33,983 bases of DNA. Origin: Octopus sinensis. Lineage: Eukaryota. Below the pieces are notes generated by a model. It was not told the origin of the DNA, did not search any database, and saw nothing but the letters and a program-made list of their open reading frames with translations. The stretch lies in NCBI RefSeq assembly GCF_006345805.1, contig NW_021831939.1:1-33983 (forward strand), written 5' to 3'. A program made the translations under genes and the position numbers. Shown here one piece after another: positions 1 to 10,370 of the stretch (the first letter of the stretch is position 1; each line of letters opens with the position of its first letter).

Positions 1-151
1 CACGCCGGACGTAAGTCACTTTTCAAAAATTTATAACATTTTGGATATATTAATATTTTCTATATAATAAAATCATTAAAAAATCACAATTTTTTAGTTA
101 ATATTATTTATTATTGTATTTTATGTCCGGCGTGGCTCACGTCTGGACTGT
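1..151. mobile_element. Small inverted-repeat element (MITE-like), left end cut by the window edge
   Basis: CACGCCGGACGTAA (1-14) and TTATGTCCGGCGTG (121-134) form a 13/14 inverted repeat around an AT-rich core. Confidence 0.4.
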
Positions 152-204
152 GACAATAAATTAGTGTAATTCATATGACTTGAAAATAATAATTAAAAAA
201 TTTT

Positions 205-364
205 AATGGCGTTGTATCGAATAAGGCATATAATTCGGCGTGGGAATATCTGAGTGGCGGGGTTTGGTATTATAAAGAGAAATTCAAAGAATAACCAAAA
301 AATGACGTGAAAATAAGCGGGGTGGCATTATAAGGGAATTGCATTATAGAGGGGTTTATGTGTA
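205..364. mobile_element. Degenerate Tigger/pogo-like terminus
   Basis: Repeated GGCATTATAA/GCATTATAGAGGGG motifs ending ...GGGGTTTATGTG-TA, resembling the subterminal repeat architecture of the other Tigger ends in the window. Confidence 0.3.
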
Positions 365-707
365 TATCATTTTTTATTTCTTAATAACATTTTTTAAGAT
401 CAAAATTTTCTCACATATGTCTAATACACATTTAGATAATTTCAAAAAATTTTTATTTATCCCCAAAGCCATTAATTCGGCATCAATATGTCTGTGCTTT
501 TAGGAATATATTCGGTTCGCTGTTTTTGAAAGACTAATGTCAGTAAAGGACTTGAATAATCAAAAATTGATTTCTTTCTTTTTTGAATTCAGACACTACA
601 GACAGAGTTTACTGTTCGCTAGATTTTACATTTGGAAATCGCTTTTTTGAAAATTTAACGTTATTCGGTGGATACAAAAAATAAATCAAGACACTTCTTT
701 TGTATAC

Positions 708-884
708 TCATGTAAGTCGAGGACATCGTAGTTGTTCATTTTAACCAAAATGCAGAAAATTTTTTTTTAATTTTTTTTTGGGGGGAAGGTTTTAAGGACC
801 TCATCATGTAAGTCGAGGACATCGTAGTTGTTCATTTTAACCAAAATGCAGAAAATTTTTTTTTTAACATGATGAGGTCCTTAA
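708..884. repeat. ~63 bp direct repeat whose second copy is bracketed by a 14-bp inverted repeat with TTAA on both sides
   Basis: 708-770 matches 804-867. TTAA-GGACCTCATCATGT (792-809) and ACATGATGAGGTCC-TTAA (867-884). Confidence 0.8.
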
Positions 885-1444
885 GATCCCAATAGTGGCT
901 GTATTTCGGAAGATTAAATTATTCTAAAAACTTTCAAGATTATAACCTCCCAAAAAATTAATTTCTCATCGTTAATGACTGGAATTTAAAGTTCGGATTA
1001 CGAAAGAGGTTTGTTAGATCACATTAAAAAGGTATCAGGAATTATTCTGGCATGGTCCAATGAAGTTTGATTTTTTTCTGCAATAGTCGATTCTAATACC
1101 TTCACGTTAAACAACCAGGAACACTAAAGTTTCTGCCAAGAGACTTAACAAAAATCGACAATTGAATGATTAAATCATCACTCGATTACACATGAACATT
1201 CAGAAGATCTTATAGAAGTGTCTCTTCAACGTAGTTTTAAACTGTTAAAAAGTTATATCCGTGGCGGATAAATACATTAGAAAATCTAAACTGTTAATGC
1301 GAATCCGTTAAAATAACAGAAAAAAATGAATATCAACACCTTTCAATGAAATCCCCGGGAATGTTAAATCAGATGATAGCTACAAAAACTATCCAAAACA
1401 TTGAAAAAATAATCGTATTCAAAAATTTTAACAAATCCACAAGA

Positions 1445-2384
1445 ATCCGGGAAATTTATTGATTTCAATAATCAAAATTCGGGACTTTCCGGGACAAAAA
1501 AATTTTCACAGAAAAACAAGAAAATATTTTTAGCTGAAATTAACTAAGAAATTCGATTATGTTTTTGAACTGAATAAACTTTATCTAGAAATTTTTAATT
1601 ATTTTTGATTTTTTCAAAAAATTATGAAATAAAAAATATGATTGTAGGCCTTCATATAACTGGAGAATTCTTTCACCTGCTATTAACAAAGACAAAAATC
1701 TTGTATTTCCGTTGTGAAGAATTTTCTTGTATTCTATTTCTACAGAGCTACAACATTCCTTTAGTTCTGTTACACGCACCATGTAAATATAAAAACATTT
1801 GTAAATTCTAACGACAAGACATTCTAAATAAATTGGAAGTAAATCAGGTGCATGTTGAATGCAGTTGTGTGCTACATGAGCACCACATCAAATACCAATA
1901 ATATCTCTCTCAAGTTTTTTTCAATCGATAATAAACATTTGTTGGTTTTTTTCTGTTAAAACGTCAAAATTTGTCACTACAAAAACCTACAACTTTATTG
2001 GATAGATTATGTTTTTCCAATTTAGAATGTATGCAGTCAACTATAACTTCTGAGGTTTCACAGGTAAATGAACAAAAATAAAGAAGTTTAACCTTCATTC
2101 ATACCTCTGGTAAAAAATATCTGACAACAATTCTTTTCTATTTGACGTGTCAATCGTAATAGATACAAAACGGACCGTCATTAATTCAGTTTCCAATTCT
2201 TCTTGGGCCAATAGAAAAATTGCATTACATATTAAAGCTTCAGTTTTCGTTCTAGCTGAAGTGAACATTGGCTCTAATAAAATAGATATTAATTTTGAAG
2301 TACAGTCGGAAACATCAAAAATAATTTTATGAAGCGCATAAATCCGGGACAAGGCTCTATTATCCGGGACGGATGGTAAGCCTA
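1445..2384 (-). mobile_element. Degenerate hAT transposon (Blackjack/Tip100-like) with transposase remnants
   Basis: Minus-strand terminus TAGGCTTACCATCCGTCCCGGAT at 2384 with CCGGGAC subterminal repeats (also at 1445-1496). ORF fragments SARTKTEALICNAI..FVSITIDTSNRKE and YKKILHNGNTRFLSL resemble hAT transposase. The second TIR was not found. Confidence 0.65.
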
Positions 2385-2615
2385 CTTATACATAATGACC
2401 TCAAATAATAGAGTTGTTTATATGACATAAAATGCCTGGCATTTACCAGGAAAGGACTTATTCTTTTGCTTTTAGTAATTATTAATGTTAGGACTCTCTC
2501 TATGTGAATCTCCAATGACCCCAGTATTTGATATTATTTTTTTGCACTAACTAAAAATCATAAGCCAATTATTTTTTTTATTGTGTCACGGTCAGTATTT
2601 TTCACACAAGCGCTT

Positions 2616-2947
2616 TCACGGCCTTCCCGTTATTCGCTCTGGTTTCTCATTGATATGATTTAAAAAAATTTTATTAATAATATTAAGTAATTCCGCAATA
2701 CTGTTTGTGACTACACAAGTAAAGAATTTTTAATTTTACCAAATATGGGAAAAAACAAACCAAAGGCCCACCAAATTGTTTTCCAACGCTTAGTTGTAGA
2801 ATGTGTCATTTGCCAAACCTTGAACGGTAGGAAGAAAAATCCAGCAAGACAATCAGGAACAGTGGTCTTTGTTGTTAGAAAGTTCCAATCAGCTTCCCAA
2901 GTTTCTGTATAGGTATCTGAATTCATGCGAAAAACGTGTATTCCATT
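2616..2947 (-). CDS. Last two exons of a small hypothetical protein with hydrophobic, Trp-rich segments; 5' exons unresolved
   Basis: Exon 2947-2740 (NGIHVFRMNSDTYTETWEADWNF...WWAFGLFFPIF), a 29-nt GT-AG intron at 2739-2711, then an in-frame exon to TGA at 2618-2616. Head-to-head with WASHC3. Confidence 0.4.
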
Positions 2948-3232
2948 CTAATTTAATCCTTTCGACCTCATTATCGTACTACTCAAGTGTCCTTTCAGAA
3001 ACCCGATTTACTCTTTTATTTTAATGAAGAATTCTTTTTATTCTTTAAGTTCTTGATAACAAGTATATTTGTTTATAAAATGTGGGAAAGGTATCAACTC
3101 AAAAAAGCATGTCTCAAACTAAAGATTTTACATGATGCAAATTTAATTTTATAATTAATTATTTTGTTTTTTTATTAAATTCCCTAGTTAATTAATTCCA
3201 AAATAATAGAATATTTCAAATTAAGACAATCT

Positions 3233-3732
3233 ATGTGCTTTAATGAAATCGACAAAATATCAATCCAAATTAACAATTTTTTAATATCTAGCACGTCTTA
3301 TTGCAACAATCTAATGAAAAAGATCTCTAATGACTTACTAAAATTTGATTCCCGTCTTGGAAAGATAGATAGATCCCTTTCTATTCTGGAATCCAGGATT
3401 CAATCTATTCCCTGCCCGGAAGAACCCAAAATAACGGTAACCCAAGTTCCACAGCCAGCGGATACCGAAAAGGTAAAGTTGAGAATTGAAATATCTTAAA
3501 GGTAACAGAGGAAGAGACTCCCATTGTTGAAGGAATTTTAGTTAAAGACGATCCAAGATTTTCCCCATTTTTTAAGCGTTTACGATTGGTTAGTGACTAT
3601 GATAATGTCGTAGGGAATTCCATTTGCGGCAGTGAAACATATGATGGTTACTCAGGGAGTTGATCCTTCATTCTTAGAGTAATTGTTATTTTATTTTTTG
3701 TTAGTAAAGGGGATGAGTTGGCACCACAATGA
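3233..3732 (+). CDS. WASHC3: WASH complex subunit 3 (CCDC53)
   Basis: N-terminal INNFLISSTSYCNNL..RLGKIDRSLSILESRIQSIP and C-terminal VKDDPRFSPFFKRLRLGIPFAAVKHMMVTQGVDPSFLD match the CCDC53 motifs. Introns 3473-3501 (29 nt), 3589-3613 (25 nt) and 3679-3704 (26 nt) give a continuous frame. Confidence 0.9.
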
Positions 3733-3942
3733 TCTAATTTTTTTGATTTAATTTAAATTGTATTTTATTGATAAAAAATATTCTAATTTTCACATTTTGT
3801 GGTTTTGATAAACAATTGTTATTTTTTCTCCAAAAACATTAATATTTTTTATTTTGATCATATTAATTGTTTCATTATAATTAATATTTTTATATGTTTT
3901 TAGTATATTTCAAATTTTTGAAATAATTAAAAATCAAATTTA

Positions 3943-5260
3943 ATGTGTCCTATAACGTGTGTAGCGCCTATTAATATTGCTGTAATAAAATACTGTAAAA
4001 ACTGATACAAATTTAAATTCAGGGGGGAAACGAGACAGCGAACTAATTTTGCCAATAAATTCTTCTCTAAGCGTCACCCTCGACGTGGATCAGGTTCACA
4101 GTCTATTTTAGCGACACTAGTTATGCACGAAAACTACAGTTTACATAAAGCCAGAATTACCCGACAACATCTTGTTTCTGAATGGAAGGTTTAATTCAAT
4201 TTTTAATATAAATAGACAAACAGAACTACCAGAACGGGCCAGAAGAGTCATAGAAACTAGTCAGACTTGTCAGTAGAAATTTCTTTAAGTTCAGCGAGCG
4301 AGAAAAGATCAGTCAAATAATGCCAAACTCTGCATTGTTTCAGAAAACAATTTTCCCACTGCTGCTGGACTTGCCTCCTCCGCCTCGGGGTACGCATGTC
4401 TTGGTTAGTACCCCAAATCTCAACTACTAGCATGTGCAGTTGCAAAACTCTACCAAATAGAAATATCGCCAATTTTTGCTCGGTTATTTAATAAATGATG
4501 AATTTTAAGTATTGGGTCTGGAAGTGCATGTCGAAGTATGTACGGAGGATTTGTCGAGTGGGAAATGGGTGTTCGAGACGATGGGGAGGACTCTACGGCG
4601 GTCCCCTTTCCTTACAACTGGCCAGGACTTCGTGTTCTTGTTTTCGTGGCCAGTGATTCTCAAAAGTCTGTGAGTTCAACTGGAGGTATGCAAACGACAG
4701 TAAAAACGAGTCGTCTTTTGTCTTACCGAGTCACCAGCACTGCTTTTGAACGTTTGGAAGAAATTAAAGAAGCCATAAAACTGAGGGACTTTTCCAGTTT
4801 TGGGTATCTAATGATGAAAGTTGTTGATATAAAGTGATATTTCAGGATAGTAACGAAATGCATGCAACAATGATGGACTCTTATCCCCCAATTCGGTATA
4901 TATCTGACTCTGCTTTTTCTTTATTGTCATATATACATCGAATGAATGATTTGATGGGCCGGACGGTGGCTGCATATACATTCGATGCAGGATCAAATGC
5001 ATTTGTTTTTACAATGGAAGAGGATGTCGATTCGGTTTATGGATATCTTTCAAAAGTGGCCGGAGTTCCAGGTGGATTGCCGGTTGTTGGACTACCATTG
5101 CAAGTTTCAAATTCAATCAATGGCTTTGTGGATGTAGTCTCAAGTGATGTACATATTAAATATGTAATCAGCACGAGGGTGAAAATACCATTCTTTATTT
5201 TAGCCTGGAGATGGTCCTCGTGAGTCTACTGATCATTTAGGCATGCCTGAGAGTCATTAA
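3943..5260 (+). CDS. MVD: Diphosphomevalonate decarboxylase
   Basis: Motifs APINIAVIKYWGKRD, NNFPTAAGLASSASG, ARIGSGSACRSMYGGFVEW, SSTGGMQTTV, DSNEMHA, AYTFDAGSNA. Eight introns of 25-30 nt: 3995-4022, 4094-4120, 4189-4215, 4260-4289, 4404-4430, 4483-4509, 4820-4845, 5179-5203. Confidence 0.96.
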
Positions 5261-5391
5261 TTTAAAATCTTCTAATTCTGGTCTTAATTATTTTGGTTTT
5301 AATTCACAATTAATTATTTTATTTATTCCATTTAGGTTATTTTCTCTACAGATAGTAGATGTAATCACACCAACAGGGTTAAATTACACTA

Positions 5392-6472
5392 CAGTACGAC
5401 CCCGGTTTGGGGCAGACCCCATGGGTGGGGCACCCTCGGGTTTTGGGGCACCCCCGCTTTTAGGGGCAGTTTTTTGAAAACAGTAAATTTTTCATTCTAT
5501 TATTTATTTTTGATGACCCCGGTTTGGGGCACTTATTTAATTTATTTAATTACAAAATGTTAGTTTATTTATTAATTATTAATTAATACTATTATTTCAC
5601 GTGTTTATTTTGACTTTAGTATGGTTCGTAAAAAGAATTCAAAGATTAATTATGAAACAAAAATTAAAATCGCTAAAGATATAAAACATGGTCAATTTTC
5701 AGAAAGAGATCTTGCTAAAAAGTATAAAACGAGCAAAGGTATCTTTTTTAACTAATTATTAATTACAGGTACTATTACAGGTATTAAAACGAGCAAAGGT
5801 ATCTTTTTTAACTAATTATTAATTACAGGTCTTATATTTGAAAAAGAACAGCTTTCTGATTTGAATTTGAATAATGTCAATCTTAGACAAGTCATTACAG
5901 TTGTCGGGGAGGCATGGAAAATGATGTCAGAGACAACGATAATTAATTGCTGGCAGAAATAAATGAAAACAGATCAAAAATTTCGGATAATGTACAGTTG
6001 GACGAAGAATTAATAGATGACGTGATTTCAGATGTTATTTCAATGGATTCGACAGATATTATGAGGACAAAATTACTTATGATGGATATGAATCTAAAAA
6101 ATCATCAATTAAAGAAATCATAAACATCGTGAATTCTCTAGAAGAATATTTTTCAGTACATGTCCACAATTTTGAAATCTACTACGAATTTAGAAAAAAC
6201 CTATCAGGAGAACTGAAAAAAAACCATTCGGTGAGAAATTACTGATTACTTTTAATAGTATTTTTTGTTGGATTTATTAAAATTTTTAAATTTTATTAAG
6301 AAAGGACTATGTTAGAATTTTATTAATATTAATATTTTAATTTATAGTCTAAAATGCAATAAAAATCTATTGAGGAGAAAATAAAAGCAAAAATCTTTAC
6401 CCTCGCATTTTGGGGCACCCCCGCTTTTTGGGGACTATGATAAAAATGCTGCCCCAAACCGGGGTCGTACTG
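5392..6472 (+). mobile_element. Internally deleted Tigger/pogo (Tc1-mariner superfamily) element
   Basis: Perfect 24-bp TIRs CAGTACGACCCCGGTTTGGGGCAG with TA on both sides (5390-91, 6473-74). HTH-like N-terminus MVRKKNSKINYETKIKIAKDIKHGQFSERDLAKKYKTSKG from 5620 and C-terminal remnant AWKMMSETTIINCWQK; catalytic core missing. Confidence 0.92.
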
Positions 6473-6699
6473 TAGTAAGTTCTCCTAAGAGACGAAAACG
6501 CAAAATTTTTGATAAACTCTGGAAATGTCCGAATGTTTTATAGAAAAAGTTTTAATTTCAAGCAAAAAACTTCCTGCCACCAAGAGAAATATTTATTTAG
6601 TTTGGGTTATTTCTATTATAGAGTGTCTATTTTTATTTTTACGTGTTTACTATATACCAAAAAATATTTTATTAGTAACAAATCAGTTTAGTTGTTAAT

Positions 6700-8781
6700 T
6701 CATCCTAGCTTTTGATATTTCAGTTGTCGACTAATCAAATTTAAAAACAAGATAAGTAATCCTTGCGGGCAGACAGTAATGCAAAATATGTATTCCAGAG
6801 TTTGAGAAGAATCGAACCGAACAAAAAATACTAAAATCCAACACAATCCTGTCAATAATGAATTTCATCTTTACTACCTGATAAGAAAAATGCAGAAAAC
6901 AAAACAATATTCTTTAAACAATTCATTTTAGAACTTGCATTTTCTTCAATTTTAAGTTTGTAGAACAAAATAATAAACAGAACCATGTTTATCAGCAAAA
7001 TTGCTGCTGAAGGAATAAAAAGACTCAAGTAAAATGCCAACCCAGTCAAAAAACAACTTAAAAATAAACTTTTTGCTAAAAATACCTCTCATTTGGGTTA
7101 TATGAGTTTCGATTTGCTAGAAAAACCGTCAAGACAATAAATAAAGGTACTCCTGAAATAAAAATTAAATAAAACCCCAATTGCAGATAAAAGATTTGAG
7201 AATCAAATTAGAAGTTTCGCGTTTCACAATTTTAACAAATTTAAGAAAGTGAAAATAAGTTTCAGTTAACATCCACATAAACTGTGACAACAATCCATAA
7301 TGTAATACAGCACCAAAAACTGTACATTGATTTTGGGTTTTGGTGTGAACAAAATACATTCCTACTATAAAATCAAGGTCCACGATTAAAATTGAAATTT
7401 CTAAGTTTAATAAAATTAATTGAAATTTTGATTTTAGAAGAATTCTAAAAATATATTGAATATTTTACTGATATTCTAGGAAAAATATTATAATCGAGAT
7501 AATAATTGAAATGATGGAGGATATCAGTCCAATTAATGTAATTTGTGAGATTAATGATATTTTGTTTCCGTCAATTTTATACTTTTCCGGGTTCTATGTA
7601 TATTATTATTAATGGTATTTTAAAATACAAATATAACTGCGAAACTTGACAGATGGTTAAAACTGCACAAAATTTTTTTTTCCATTTCGAAAATAATCGT
7701 CTTTCCGCCAATTGTATCCCAACTTGTATCATTCGCGTTGTAAAAAGCACACTCATTTTGAAAAACTAAATATTTTCAAAGTGATAACTGGAATGATTTG
7801 TGACGATTGGGAAACTTATACTTATATTTTTGATAAAAATTGTCGATGAAATGGAGATGATATCAGAGTGTAAAGTTTGTTTTTTTCTGATGGGGAAGAT
7901 ATCGTCATTTTTCCATTTTATGATACGAACTAAATTGTGTTTTTTATTGCAAACTATTTTTAGAATTTGATTTATCAAAATTTAGAAATATTTTGACATT
8001 ATTTGAAGAATTGGTTTTGTCGTATATTGTTTCTGTGAATTTATCGGCATGGATATTTTTGTCGACAATTATTACATCTTGGATAATCAAACTTCGGTTT
8101 AATGGTTGAACAGTTGGTTTTTCAAAATGGATCTTATTCTAATCGGATTTAAGCTGTAATATCCAACTTTGATTTATTCCTTGACACCGTCATAATTTCT
8201 GAAATAAGCTCATTAATCTTGACAATTTCCTATATAAAAAATTCTATAAAACTTTTTTATCCTTTTTTCCTGGCGTGTTAAATATAAAATATACTTTTGT
8301 TTAGTTTGTTTATACCGTCTGATTTAGGCCGCTTGGCTAAATTTTAGTCAATAATTTATTGGGAAATTTACAATTATGAAATTTATTGGGAAACTTGAAT
8401 TTTTAATTGAATATTTATTATTTCCATGAAAACGGTTTATAATTCTACTAACTTTTTAATTTGTTGCTTGTTAATAAATTTGAACTTCCAGTATAATTTA
8501 TAATGCTATTAATTTCGGTTGTCATTTTTATATATGTAACTGAGCTGAAATCACTTTAAAATCAAATTTAGAAACAGACTGTTTATTTTTATTCTTTTTT
8601 CTGAATGTTTTTGAGAGATCATTCACAACTTGAACTAAAGTCATAAATATTTACATTTTTTCTTTATTTTAAGTTTATGGTGGTCGGTTTTTTGTTGAAA
8701 GGTGTCTAAATATTGATAGTACATTAAACCCGAGTCACTTAAACATGAAGTAATAATAAATAAATTAAGCAGTAGATTCAT
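6700..8781 (-). CDS. Adhesion GPCR (signal peptide, GAIN/GPS, 7TM), full-length copy; possibly pseudogenised in its 5' exons
   Basis: Start MNLLLNLFIITSCLSD; GPS ECAFYNANDTSWDTIGG...LCSFNHLSSFAVIF; TM3 CTVFGAVLHYGLLSQFMWMLTET; TM7 YIFCITVCPQGLLILFLNL; TGA at 6702-6700. Versus copy 2 it has 1-nt losses near 8123 and 8380 and a lost splice acceptor near 8425 (real or assembly error). Confidence 0.88.
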
Positions 8782-8879
8782 TTTGCAACGACAATATATT
8801 TTTTAATAAATATATGTGTGATTCGGGCGATATGAATAATTAGGATAGAAATTCCATAAAATTAGTGATAATAAATTTA

Positions 8880-10146
8880 TTATAAATTAACGTTTTTAGT
8901 TACTAATAACTAACTAATCTGTATAATTCTCCTCCTTTTTGAACCGTTGCACTGGATCTGCGTATTCTCATCCTTTAACACTTCATATGACACATGAGAC
9001 ACATCTTCCGGCAAATCTGGTGGATCTGTTGTTTCTCTAGCCAATTTTAGGAGGTGGTTGGTGGCCCTCGAAACTTGTTCCTCATGTTTTTCAATTTCCA
9101 CTCCATGTTTATGTTCAACAAGCATGGTCTCCAATGTCTTTTTAATCGTCAGCGATTGTATATACGATCTAGTGGAAGCATCCAACTTCAGTCTTTCCAT
9201 ATAAGACTTATAGAATTTAGAAACTATCCCGTCCCATGTGAGGACAATGGGATTATCGTTACCTTCGCACCGTGGATTTGAGATAATTCTCCAGCAAGAA
9301 GATCATATTTATGTAGTTTTTCTACTTCCACTTGCTTTAACATGGCGTGGGAAGTAATTCCGACTTCAATTAGAGTGATTTCGTTTTTCGTTTTATCAAG
9401 GACAAAGATATCTGGTCTATTGTTTTTTACATGAACATCTGTCTGCAAGGTGGTGTCCACTCTTATCTCTACTTTATGATTTGAGCTAACCGACTGGACT
9501 GTGTGTGACTTTAACCTTTTGGTTTTCTTGATTCCATATTGGCGGCAGAGATGCAAATAGATGCATCTTATAACTTCATTATGTCTTCTGGTATAATCAC
9601 TGTTCAGCATTTTGCTACATCTTGTAGCCATGTGATCAACAGATTTTTTAGCTTGATTACAATGATTGCACATTTCTCCGTTATCGTTGAAAAATATATT
9701 TTGATCCTGAATAATACAATACACTGCTTCTGATATCGGACTGTTGTTTCCATTCACTAGCCATTCCGTAGACATATTGATGTCGACATTCTGATCCTCA
9801 CAACATTTGAAAAGCACGGAATGCAACATCTTCGATTTAATAATCTTCATTAGATTTTTTGTTGATTCTCCTTGATTATGTTTATATTCAATTCTGAAGG
9901 ATCTTCAATATTGTATTTGAAGGTAAGAAATCTTGCGATAGTGGCCAGATGTGTTTTCTTTATTTTCAAGACCCGCAAGATTCCAGACTTTCTGAGACAC
10001 ATTGTAGACTTTCTTTCAAGATCAGTCAAAAATTGGTATAACATGCATTCACTTTTATGGACAATTGAATTAAGTCCTCTTCCAAATTTCTTCATTAATG
10101 AGTATCTTGTTTTCGTCTAATAATAGTGTTATTTCTTCATTTATCA
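8880..10146 (-). mobile_element. 5'-truncated non-LTR retrotransposon with restriction-like endonuclease (R4/Dong/NeSL-like), frameshifted
   Basis: GRGLNSI, CCHC finger CNHCNQAKKSVDHMATRC, YTRRHNEV, and PD-(D/E)xK RLE motif NRPDIFVLDK..LIEVGIT..EKLHKYDLLA. Split over three ORFs. Confidence 0.9.
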
Positions 10147-10370
10147 CAACGGTTCTCACCCTGGGTCGAAAAATGGGTTAGAAATGGGCTGGCTCGCAGG
10201 ATTGAGAGACAACGAAGGATGCAAAAACGGCCATTTTGTCAAAATTGATATAAAATATCAAAATTAAATGTTCCATTGTCAATTTGATGAAAAGAGTGTC
10301 AAAATTGAACACCGCATTGTCAAAATCGATATAGAAATGTCAAAATTGAACTGAACTGGTATAGTCAAAA
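10147..10370. mobile_element. Probable hAT terminus with TGTCAAAATTGA subterminal repeats (also at 19421-19650)
   Basis: CAACGGTTCTCACCC resembles the hAT end CAGCGGTTCTCAACC at 33825. About 7 copies of (T)GTCAAAATTGA follow. It abuts the truncated 5' end of the retroelement. Confidence 0.5.

Noticed and set aside
890-1300. Possible piggyBac transposase remnant (PMKF.., AIVDSNTF)
   Set aside because: Motifs too short and interrupted to support a call.
3943-5260. Alternative genetic code to explain in-frame stops
   Set aside because: The stops fall inside GT-AG mini-introns, and the standard code gives intact conserved motifs.
10236-10370. GTCAAAATTGA repeats as a CRISPR-like array
   Set aside because: Short, degenerate and irregularly spaced in a eukaryotic context with no cas genes; better explained as transposon subterminal repeats.
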